Shown: positions 1 through 7,901 of the stretch, one piece after another
Layout of the letters: each line of letters begins with the position of its first letter
How positions within the stretch are numbered: position 1 is the stretch's first letter
DNA from: Candidatus Dadabacteria bacterium
Lineage (GTDB): Bacteria > Desulfobacterota_D > UBA1144 > Nemesobacterales > CSP1-2
Assembly: GCA_040289575.1 (NCBI GenBank)
Contig: PSLL01000026.1
Span: 1,464 to 12,265, forward strand
Direction of reading: 5' to 3'
DNA length: 10,802 bases
Made by a program: the position numbers and the translations under genes
Notes under the pieces: model-generated
Seen by the model: only the letters and a program-made list of their open reading frames with translations
Database searches by the model: none
Told to the model about the DNA's origin: nothing

Positions 1-266
1 TACGCGCCGAGCGTCATGAGCGGGCCGAAGGCCAGGAAGACCGCCACGTCACCCAAGGCGCGGTACTTGAGCCCCAGCGGTCGCCAGGTGTAGCCCACGC
101 CCAGCACGAGGCCGGCCAGCCCGAACCCCAGCACCGCCGGCCCACGCGCCACGGCCAGCAGGGCGCCCACCGCGCCGCCCAAGAGGAGCAGGACCACCCC
201 GAACCGCAGCACCGCGCGCGGGGTGAGCCAGCCGTCCACCAGCACGCGGCTGGAGCCGAGCACGGT
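1..266 (-). CDS. menA: Internal fragment of a MenA/UBIAD1-type (UbiA family) 1,4-dihydroxy-2-naphthoate prenyltransferase; 5' part missing at the junction, 3' part runs off the window
   Basis: Manual translation: TVLGSSRVLVDGWLTPRAVLRFGVVLLLLGGAVGALLAVARGPAVLGFGLAGLVLGVGYTWRPLGLKYRALGDVAVFLAFGPLMTLGA. It has hydrophobic helices and the MenA-type YT..P..LKY..LGD..VF..FGP motif. GC is 181/240 (~75%) over 1-240. The expected upstream Asp-rich NDxxD motif is absent from this frame. Confidence 0.8.
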
Positions 267-383
267 CAGTATTTCCCGCCTGAGGAATTCCGCCGTCTTA
301 CAAGGGAGATCGGACGTATACCTGCTCAGAGAACAACTACTTACGACATCTTGAAGGTGTTCAGTAAAGATGGAGAGGATTAG
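246..383 (+). CDS. cofH: C-terminal fragment of a CofH/MqnC-family radical SAM protein, most likely FO synthase CofH (or a CofGH/FbiC fusion)
   Basis: Manual translation: AAGAEHGQYFPPEEFRRLTREIGRIPAQRTTTYDILKVFSKDGED* (TAG 381-383). AAGAxHGQ...IGRxPxQRTTxY is the typical CofH C-terminus, and it lies directly upstream of an F420-binding protein gene. Only 45 aa are visible. Confidence 0.7.
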   Translation, partial: AAGAEHGQYFPPEEFRRLTREIGRIPAQRTTTYDILKVFSKDGED

Positions 384-1586
384 ATGGGTGAACTAGAGCC
401 GGTTCGGGTTAAAAAGACGTTTAATAGAATGATGAATGAGGTTGTAGCACTTGGGAGTTGCTGTGGCTGTTCAATGTGCGTTGTGACATGCCCTTATGGG
501 GTCATAAGATACGATCCTGTCTCGATGTTTCCCTATGTGGCAAAACCGAAAGGAGATTTTGATTTTTGTCCGATAAGCGAGGAGGTTGGATGCGATGTCT
601 GTGCAAACGCATGTGAGAGGCTGGGTCCGGAGCACATGAAGCCGATTAAGCCAGAAGAGATAGATGTGCGGACATTCGGAAGGGCGAGGCGTGATGATGA
701 ATACTACGGCGTTACGAGGTTTATATGTGCCGCAAGGAGCACAAACCCAGATGTGGTTGCAAACGCCCAGGACGGTGGGGCAGTAACTGAGATCCTCAGG
801 TGCGCCTTTGAGGAAGGGATAATTGAAGGTGCGGCTGTAGCTGCAGGCTCCGAAAAGATGTGGCTTGATCCCGTGCCAAAGATTATAAGGACTGTAGAGG
901 AGCTTATGCAGACTGCAAAATCCTGGTATACGTACTGCGCAACACCCCTGGCCCTTAAAGAAGCGGTGGATAAATACAGGTTAAAAAAACTCGCCCTGGT
1001 TGGGGTCTCGTGTGAGGTATCTGGGTATGGAACAACTTTGGGAGCAGACACAGGTTTCATTACCCCCGAAAGGGGAGAAAAGAATGTAGAGAGGCAGAAT
1101 AAACACCTCAAGCAATATGTCGAAGCCGTCCAGCTTACGATAGGGCTTCTCTGTACAGAGACGTTTGTCTTTGACGGATTTGTATATGAGTATCTCCAGG
1201 GAAAGCTTGGATTAAACCCTAAGGATGTGGTTAAAGTAAATGTAAAGGGCAAGATTGTTACGGACACAAAGAACGGGATGAGGATTGAAACCCCTCTTCT
1301 CGAGGCGAGGGTGTACCAGAGAAGTCAGTGCAATTATTGTGGCGATTTTAGTGCTGAACATGCAGACATCTCGGCGGGCGGCGTAGGTTCGGACGGATGG
1401 ACAATAATTATCGTAAGGTCTGAAAGGGGGGAGAGGGTTTTTAAGCGCGCCATAGAAAAGGGTTATCTCGAGGTTAGACCCGCATCTGAATTTGAGCGTT
1501 CCATGAGGGTATTAAAGAGGCTTACCGATGAGCAGAGAAAAAGAGCAGATGAACAGTATGCCTCAATTGGAAGCTCGAGAAGATAG
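384..1586 (+). CDS. Coenzyme F420 hydrogenase/dehydrogenase beta-subunit family protein (FrhB/FpoF-like) with N-terminal ferredoxin domain
   Basis: 400 aa. N-terminal Fe-S motifs CCGCSMCVVTCP and C..CDVCANAC; FrhB motifs AQDGGAVT, LVGVSCE, IGLLCTETF, CNYCGDF..ADISAG and GWTIIIVRSERG. SD GGAGAGG at 372-378. Confidence 0.88.
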   Translation: MGELEPVRVKKTFNRMMNEVVALGSCCGCSMCVVTCPYGVIRYDPVSMFPYVAKPKGDFDFCPISEEVGCDVCANACERLGPEHMKPIKPEEIDVRTFGRARRDDEYYGVTRFICAARSTNPDVVANAQDGGAVTEILRCAFEEGIIEGAAVAAGSEKMWLDPVPKIIRTVEELMQTAKSWYTYCATPLALKEAVDKYRLKKLALVGVSCEVSGYGTTLGADTGFITPERGEKNVERQNKHLKQYVEAVQLTIGLLCTETFVFDGFVYEYLQGKLGLNPKDVVKVNVKGKIVTDTKNGMRIETPLLEARVYQRSQCNYCGDFSAEHADISAGGVGSDGWTIIIVRSERGERVFKRAIEKGYLEVRPASEFERSMRVLKRLTDEQRKRADEQYASIGSSRR

Positions 1587-1590
1587 GGGT

Positions 1591-2403
1591 TTAAACTTTA
1601 GATTGTCGTCCCGGTTTAACAAGGACGCGTGGCATCTCATTTGTTTCCCCGGATTTTTTCCCTCTATTTCTAATTACATCGGATGCTCTTCCTTGATTTA
1701 CAGAGATCTCTAGGAGACCCGAGCTCCCAATAATAGCGATTAACTCTCCCCTTTGAGCCTCTGCATAGGATTTAGATATACCGTTTATCACCTTTTTACC
1801 TATATAAACCCTTGATCCGGGTTTTATAAGTTCCGCAGGGATATTTGAAATCAGGTTTCCGAAAGAGTCTTTGTAGATAAACTCGCCTATTATTTCTTCA
1901 CCTCGAACCTCCGGCTCTTTAATCGAAATCATCACGGGTTCTTTTACTACTTCTCCTAAATCTTTCGGTGTAATGCCTAGGGAGATATGCGCCGCGGCGG
2001 GGGCGAATATGTCTCTTCCATGGAATGTATGGCTCACATTGGGAAGAACATACTTGAAGTTTGATATTTCAAAAACATTAAAGGATTTCGATTCACGATA
2101 AACGAATGTAAAGATGCCGTTATCCGGTCCTATAAATATGTATCCGTCCGCCTCTATGGCTATGGGTTTTCTTTCGGTGCCTACCCCAGGATCAATGACG
2201 GCGACGTGGATTGTCCCTTGAGGGAAGTAGCGGTAAAAGTTTCTTATGGTAAATGCCCCGCTAGAGATGTCCTGAGGTGGAATTTGGTGCGTAATGTCTA
2301 CAATTGAGACATCCCGATTTATTGAGAGTATAACCCCTTTCATTGCACCAATGTAATGGTCTTTGATTCCAAAGTCGGTGGTTAGAGTTATTATGCGTTT
2401 CAT
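1591..2403 (-). CDS. SAM hydroxide adenosyltransferase (DUF62, SAM-dependent chlorinase/fluorinase family)
   Basis: 270 aa. Motifs ITLTTDFG, HVAVIDPGVGTER, GPDNG, SHTFHGRDIFAP, DSFGN and GSSGLLEIS. The Asp/Arg/His residues (DPGVGTER, TFHGRD) indicate the hydrolase branch. Confidence 0.92.
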   Translation of the reverse strand: MKRIITLTTDFGIKDHYIGAMKGVILSINRDVSIVDITHQIPPQDISSGAFTIRNFYRYFPQGTIHVAVIDPGVGTERKPIAIEADGYIFIGPDNGIFTFVYRESKSFNVFEISNFKYVLPNVSHTFHGRDIFAPAAAHISLGITPKDLGEVVKEPVMISIKEPEVRGEEIIGEFIYKDSFGNLISNIPAELIKPGSRVYIGKKVINGISKSYAEAQRGELIAIIGSSGLLEISVNQGRASDVIRNRGKKSGETNEMPRVLVKPGRQSKV

Positions 2404-2678
2404 TCCTCTTCAATTACCTTTTTGAGCCTCTCTGGGAATCTTGTTATGACGAATACCTCTTGTATTGAAGAACCGCTCCTTGCAATTAGCTTTGCGCCGC
2501 TTACGGTGGCGTATTTATACCTTACAATCAGGTTCTCACCCGTGGCGCTTCCTACCTTTATCTCACCTGGAATAACTCCATCTACAAAATCGAGAGTCGA
2601 GATTTTATCTTCCAAAAACTCCCTCAGCCCCTTTATCATACTGTGTTGGCGCTTAATCTTGTGTTTTCTGTGTCTCAT
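2400..2678 (-). CDS. DUF2103-like small protein (predicted metal-binding)
   Basis: 92 aa. Pattern K..HS.I.GL..FLE...VIPG.I...G.KL.ARSGSS.QEVFVIT matches my recollection of DUF2103. Its stop overlaps the DUF62 start by 4 bp (ATGA). Confidence 0.75.
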   Translation of the reverse strand: MRHRKHKIKRQHSMIKGLREFLEDKISTLDFVDGVIPGEIKVGSATGENLIVRYKYATVSGAKLIARSGSSIQEVFVITRFPERLKKVIEEE

Positions 2679-2842
2679 AGTGGAGTTTAATCGGAGCCAA
2701 ACCGAAGATTTACCTATGAGGATTTAGTTGCTGAACTCATAAATGATATGGCATTACAAAAGGATAGTGTGTTATAAGTACGCGTTGGCTATAGAAATGA
2801 TGCGCAGAGTTGTATCCTGTGATGTGACAAGGTGCCCCTGTT

Positions 2843-3868
2843 CTATTCATCGCTCCAGCTTCTTGTAAACTTGATCAGTTCATTTAGCTTAAATAGAGCC
2901 TTTCTGGTCTCTATTGATTCCTCCGCTCTTGTGATTGCCTCTTTCATATCATCGGCTCCACCCGAGACTAAAATTCCCGCAGCCGCATTGAGCACCGCAA
3001 CCTCTCTTTTAGCCTCCCTTTCTTCGCCTCTTAGGATTGAAAGAAGGATTTGGGCATTCTCTCTTGTCGATCCGCCCTTTAACTCTTCTAGTTTTCTTCT
3101 CTTGAACCCTAAATCCGCAGGGTCAAATTGATACGTCTTTACCATTCCATCTTTAAGTTCGGCTATCTGGGTTTTTCCGGTCACGGTTATTTCATCAAGC
3201 CTATCCGCGCCGTGAACGACCATAGCCCTTATGTATCCAAGGTTTCTTAGCACCTTCGCCATAGGCTCTAGCAACGCCTCTGAATACATTCCCATAACCT
3301 GATACTTGATCCCGGCCGGGTTTGTAATCGGTCCCAGCACATTAAAAATGGTTCTCGTCCCAATCTCTTTTCTCAACTGAGAGACGTTTTTCGTTGCTGG
3401 ATGGTAGATAGGGGCAAATAGGAATGCGATTCCTATCTCGTTTAGACACCTTTCGCTTCCTTTTGGAGGGAGATTAATATTGACACCGAGTTCTTCTAAA
3501 ACATCTGCGCTTCCTACCTGGCTCGACACGGAGCGGTTTCCGTGTTTGGCAACTGGTATATCTGCTCCTGCCACTATAAATGAAGCAACGGTTGACACAT
3601 TGAATGTTCCCTGCTGATCGCCTCCTGTGCCGCAGAGGTCAACTACTATGGGATGGTTGGGCTTTATTTTTATTGATTTCTCTTTCATCACTTTTGCCGC
3701 ACCAGTGATTTCGGAGACAGACTCCCCCTTCATCCTGAGCGCTACAAGAATGGCGGCCATTTGACTCGGCGTTGCGACCCCTTCCATCAACTTCTCCATT
3801 ACCTGTGTCATTTCTTCTTCTTCAAGGTCTATGCGCTCTACGACTTTAGATATGGCCTTTTTTATCAT
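2843..3868 (-). CDS. trpD: Anthranilate phosphoribosyltransferase
   Basis: 341 aa. Motifs LRMKGE, DLCGTGGD, FNVST, VAKHGNRSVSS..GSAD, RTIFNVLGP and DEI. Confidence 0.95.
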   Translation of the reverse strand: MIKKAISKVVERIDLEEEEMTQVMEKLMEGVATPSQMAAILVALRMKGESVSEITGAAKVMKEKSIKIKPNHPIVVDLCGTGGDQQGTFNVSTVASFIVAGADIPVAKHGNRSVSSQVGSADVLEELGVNINLPPKGSERCLNEIGIAFLFAPIYHPATKNVSQLRKEIGTRTIFNVLGPITNPAGIKYQVMGMYSEALLEPMAKVLRNLGYIRAMVVHGADRLDEITVTGKTQIAELKDGMVKTYQFDPADLGFKRRKLEELKGGSTRENAQILLSILRGEEREAKREVAVLNAAAGILVSGGADDMKEAITRAEESIETRKALFKLNELIKFTRSWSDE

Positions 3869-4308
3869 CCAATCTCTCCTTTTTTAAGAGACATTCTAAT
3901 TCTATCGAGAATCCCGTTTACAAAGGCGCCCGACTCTTCCGTGCCGTATTTCTTCGCAAGCTCAACCGCTTCATTAATTGTGGCGGCGGGAGGAATATTT
4001 CTCAAGTAAACCAATTCATATATTGCCATTCGAAGAATGTTTCTATCAATCCTCGACATCCGAGAAAGTCGCCAGTGCTCAGAGTAGCGGTCTATGATCT
4101 CGTCAATCCTCTCAATATTATCGCGTACCCCAGTAATGAGCATATATGAGAACTCCCTTACGTCATCCTCTAATGGAGTTTCCTTCGTCGCCCAAAAGAG
4201 ATTTAGCGTCTCTTCAATGCTCATATCTTCAGGGGAGGATTCTGTCAGCGTGTCGTACTGATACAAGAATTGAAGAGCGAGTTCTCTTGCGCGCCTCCTT
4301 TTACCCAT
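3865..4308 (-). CDS. nusB: Transcription antitermination factor NusB
   Basis: 147 aa. RRRARELALQFLY, DRNILR, INEAVELAKKYG and FVNGILD; follows ribH as is typical. Confidence 0.97.
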   Translation of the reverse strand: MGKRRRARELALQFLYQYDTLTESSPEDMSIEETLNLFWATKETPLEDDVREFSYMLITGVRDNIERIDEIIDRYSEHWRLSRMSRIDRNILRMAIYELVYLRNIPPAATINEAVELAKKYGTEESGAFVNGILDRIRMSLKKGEIG

Positions 4309-4317
4309 AACTGAGCT

Positions 4318-4809
4318 CTATTTCTTTTGGGAAAGCACCTTTGCGAGGTTTGCCATCTCGATTGCAGAAAGCGCGGCTTCCGCACCGCGATTTCCGACCT
4401 TTCCTCCAGCCCTATCAATAGCCTGCTCAACCGTTTCCGTGGTTATAACGCCACATGCGATGGGAATCTCAAACTCAAGGCTGATGAGGCTTAGCCTACT
4501 TGTAGTTTCAGACGAGAGGTAATCAAAATGAGGGGTTTCTCCTTTTATTATTGCTCCTATGGCTATTAAGGCATCGTATTTAGCGGATCTCGCCGCCCTT
4601 TTTACGGCAAGCGAGAGTTCAAATGATCCGGGAACCCTTATTATGTCAATGTTCGATTCAGAGGCATTGTGTCTTAGAAGGGTGTCAAGTGCCCCTTCAG
4701 TCATGCGTTCTGTTATGAAGCTGTTAAATCGGCTCACTATAATTGCAAATTTAAGACCCCTTGCGTCGAGCTTTCCCTCATAAATTTGAATCATATCGTT
4801 TTTTTTCAT
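4318..4809 (-). CDS. ribH: 6,7-dimethyl-8-ribityllumazine synthase
   Basis: Motifs IVSRFN, VPGSFE, IKGETPHFDY and EQAIDRAGGKVGNRG. The start could instead be the second Met (4794). Confidence 0.97.
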   Translation of the reverse strand: MKKNDMIQIYEGKLDARGLKFAIIVSRFNSFITERMTEGALDTLLRHNASESNIDIIRVPGSFELSLAVKRAARSAKYDALIAIGAIIKGETPHFDYLSSETTSRLSLISLEFEIPIACGVITTETVEQAIDRAGGKVGNRGAEAALSAIEMANLAKVLSQKK

Positions 4810-4815
4810 ATAAAT

Positions 4816-6024
4816 CTAATCTACCATAGAAAGAAGGTGACCGAGCTTGTCTTTTTTTACCTTCAGGTACTTTGAGTTTGTCCCATTGGGTGGGATCTCT
4901 ATCGGGACACGCTCTACGATCTGAAGCCCGAACCCTTCGAGTCCTTTTACCTTTCTGGGGTTGTTCGTAAGGAGCTTCATCTTCCTTACACCGAGGTCAA
5001 TGAGAATCTGTGCGCCAATTCCATAGTCTCTCAAGTCTGGTTTAAACCCCAGGGCTTCGTTTGCCTCTACAGTGTCAAATCCATTATCCTGAAGGGCATA
5101 GGCTTTGATCTTGTTAACCAGGCCTATTCCTCTTCCCTCCTGGCGCATATATAGGACAACCCCCCTACCTTCTTTCTCAATTATGTGCATAGCCTGTCGA
5201 ATCTGTGAGCCGCAGTCACATCTTACAGAGCCAAATACATCGCTTGTAAGGCATTCGGAATGAACCCTAACCAAAACCTCGTCTTCTGGTGTAAAGCTGC
5301 CTTTTATAAGCGCCACGTGGTGCTGAGGGTCAATATCGCTTTCGTAGACTACTACTCTAAAATCCCCATGTTTTGTGGGAAGATAAGCCGACGCTGCCCT
5401 CTTTACAAGACTTTCAGCCCTGAGACGGTAGCTGATGAGGTCTGCAATCGTTGTGATTTTGAGACCGTGCTGCTCGGCGAAAATCTCTAAATCGGGGAAC
5501 CTCGCCATATCTCCGTCATCTTTCATTATCTCGCATATGACCGAGGCTGGTTTCAGTCCTGCAAGCCTTGCAAGATCAACCGAGCCCTCTGTGTGTCCCG
5601 CTCTTACGAGAACACCGCCCCGCCTGGAGATGAGTGGAAACACATGACCAGGGCGTATAAAATCCTCCGGTCTCGCGTCTTCGGAGATCGCAAGGCTGAT
5701 GGTAGATGCCCTGTCATAAGCGGATATTCCTGTTGTAATCCCGCGCCTTGCGTCAATTGGAATCGTAAATGCGGTATACTGAGGAACCGGGCTGTTTTCC
5801 GGCTTTATAGCCTGGAGGTTGAGCTTATTGGCTTTTTCCTGTGTTATGGCAAGGCATATAAGACCACGTCCATACTTTGCCATAAAATTTATTGCCTCAG
5901 GCGTTGCAAACTCTGCGGCGATTACAAGATCACCCTCGTTTTCCCTATCCTCATCATCAACGAGGATGACCATTCTCCCTTTTCTTATCTCTTCAATGGC
6001 TTCTTCAACTGGGCAGATTGACAT
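4816..6024 (-). CDS. ribBA: Bifunctional 3,4-dihydroxy-2-butanone-4-phosphate synthase / GTP cyclohydrolase II
   Basis: 402 aa. RibB motifs [18 protein letters not shown] and GHTEG; RibA motifs [24 protein letters not shown] and LLTNNP. Confidence 0.97.
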   Translation of the reverse strand: MSICPVEEAIEEIRKGRMVILVDDEDRENEGDLVIAAEFATPEAINFMAKYGRGLICLAITQEKANKLNLQAIKPENSPVPQYTAFTIPIDARRGITTGISAYDRASTISLAISEDARPEDFIRPGHVFPLISRRGGVLVRAGHTEGSVDLARLAGLKPASVICEIMKDDGDMARFPDLEIFAEQHGLKITTIADLISYRLRAESLVKRAASAYLPTKHGDFRVVVYESDIDPQHHVALIKGSFTPEDEVLVRVHSECLTSDVFGSVRCDCGSQIRQAMHIIEKEGRGVVLYMRQEGRGIGLVNKIKAYALQDNGFDTVEANEALGFKPDLRDYGIGAQILIDLGVRKMKLLTNNPRKVKGLEGFGLQIVERVPIEIPPNGTNSKYLKVKKDKLGHLLSMVD

Positions 6025-6073
6025 ATAGAAACCCTATCTTCCTGACAAAACTACTCTTGAATTTTGCATTAAA

Positions 6074-6101
6074 ATAATAAGCGACCTAGAGGTTTTGTCA
6101 A
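6074..6101 (-). promoter_or_regulatory. Candidate sigma70 promoter of the ribBA operon
   Basis: Minus strand TTGACA (6101-6096), 16-bp spacer, TATTAT (6079-6074), about 50 bp upstream of the ribBA ATG. Confidence 0.6.
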
Positions 6102-6117
6102 ATAAATATAGGGTGGA

Positions 6118-6139
6118 AATCTCAGTATACCTTGAGATT
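6118..6139. repeat. Inverted repeat (operator or hairpin) just upstream of the ribBA -35
   Basis: AATCTCA-gtatacct-TGAGATT, perfect 7-bp arms; no clear U-tract on either strand. Confidence 0.45.
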
Positions 6140-6239
6140 AGAAGGAATATTTAGACAATAAGAAGTATTAGATAAGTGTTTATTGGTATTAGTCCCCGTG
6201 TAAGGCTTTATCTAAAGACTAATGTCTAAAACCTAACAT
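6138..6239. repeat. Degenerate nested inverted repeats with a 7-bp periodic CTAAnnn arm
   Basis: TTTAGACA 6150-6157 / TGTCTAAA 6223-6230; TTAGATAA 6168-6175 / TTATCTAA 6208-6215; CTAA at 6212, 6219, 6226 and 6233. Confidence 0.55.
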
Positions 6240-6245
6240 ACAGCA

Positions 6246-6434
6246 CTATCCTTTGTTCTTCATAGATTCATATATCCTCTTAATCTCTCCATACGTTAGA
6301 CCTGTTCTATCTGAGAGTCTAAGCAGATCCACCTCTGTTATCTGTCCGCCGGGGTTTCTAAACGTTAAGGGTCTTTTAGGCCTTTCAAAACGCTCGCCCT
6401 TTCTCCTCATTGTTTTGATTTTGTGACGAGGCAT
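6246..6434 (-). CDS. Small basic hypothetical protein (62 aa)
   Basis: Non-overlapping ORF in an AT-rich intergenic region, SD AAGGAGGT (6453-6446) and its own promoter; 17 K/R versus 7 D/E. Confidence 0.75.
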   Translation of the reverse strand: MPRHKIKTMRRKGERFERPKRPLTFRNPGGQITEVDLLRLSDRTGLTYGEIKRIYESMKNKG

Positions 6435-6473
6435 TAATTAATAGTACCTCCTTGTAATCCAAATAATATCTTC

Positions 6474-6488
6474 TGGTAATTATTACCA
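6474..6488. promoter_or_regulatory. Perfect 7-1-7 palindromic operator candidate (Fur/Zur-family-like)
   Basis: TGGTAAT-T-ATTACCA, overlapping the -10 box and predicted start site of the 62-aa ORF promoter. Confidence 0.6.
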
Positions 6489-6513
6489 TATAAGATTTAA
6501 TACTTTTTGTCAA
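6485..6513 (-). promoter_or_regulatory. Sigma70 promoter of the 62-aa ORF
   Basis: Minus strand TTGACA (6513-6508), exactly 17 bp, TATGGT (6490-6485). Confidence 0.7.
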
Positions 6514-6641
6514 GCAGAGTTTTTAACCCCTTAGGGCAAGTTGGACCAGAATGCCATTGTATGTGAATAAATACTCGTTATCTATTGTAAACGGGGGGAA
6601 TTTTAGGCCATAATAGTTGTAACTGCACGTATCATATTTAT

Positions 6642-6695
6642 AAAATTGGGTTTGTTTATCCAATTTTGATTTAAATATAAAAAATGATATAACAT
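6642..6695 (+). promoter_or_regulatory. Candidate mreB promoter with overlapping inverted repeat
   Basis: TTGATT (6666-6671) followed by TG-n-TATAAC (6685-6693) or TAACAT (6690-6695). AAAATTGG-N10-CCAATTTT at 6642-6667. SD AGGAGG at 6717-6722. Confidence 0.45.
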
Positions 6696-6730
6696 TAACT
6701 CAAGAACTTCGGCAATAGGAGGTTAGATAG

Positions 6731-7768
<1,038 letters not shown>

Positions 7769-7780
7769 GAGGATAGCCGC

Positions 7781-7882
7781 TTGGCCACGAGTTGGCATAA
7801 GATAGGTATTGGGTTAGTACTTGAGCATTGGGGACTAGACCTAAAATCGAATGCCAAGACTCTAGTGCCAATCATCGTACTT
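7781..7882. repeat. Imperfect long hairpin / heptad-periodic spacer between mreB and mreC
   Basis: TTGGC 7781-7785 / GCCAA 7867-7871; TTGGCAT 7792-7798 / ATGCCAA 7851-7857; TAGG 7803-7806 / CCTA 7840-7843; C-initiated 7-mers from 7841. Confidence 0.4.
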
Positions 7883-7901
7883 AAAGATGTCCTAAAAATT
7901 C

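Noticed and set aside
381..386. In-frame TAG-ATG between cofH and the FrhB-like gene as amber (pyrrolysine) read-through fusion
   Set aside because: A good SD (GGAGAGG 372-378) supports independent initiation, the cofH tail looks complete, and TAG is used as a normal stop by several genes here.
1591..2403. Halogenase (fluorinase/chlorinase) activity
   Set aside because: It carries the TFHGRD His and DPGVGxxR residues of the hydrolase branch, and there is no biosynthetic cluster context.
2679..2842. ncRNA, terminator or small gene in the trpD-DUF2103 spacer
   Set aside because: Only 4-5 bp stems and no credible start plus SD. A TAAACT five bases before the DUF2103 ATG hints at leaderless expression but has no -35 support.
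5230..5262. RibA motif reads CLTSD instead of the usual CLTGD
   Set aside because: Single substitution; the three Zn-binding Cys and other catalytic motifs are intact, so there is no case for inactivation.
6025..6245. FMN riboswitch upstream of ribBA
   Set aside because: The conserved RFN motifs are not present, and the predicted leader is only ~45 nt.
7782..7797. Sigma54-like GG-N10-GC (TGGCCACGAGTTGGCA) before mreC
   Set aside because: Poor match to TGGCAC-N5-TTGC and better explained as part of the repeat arm.
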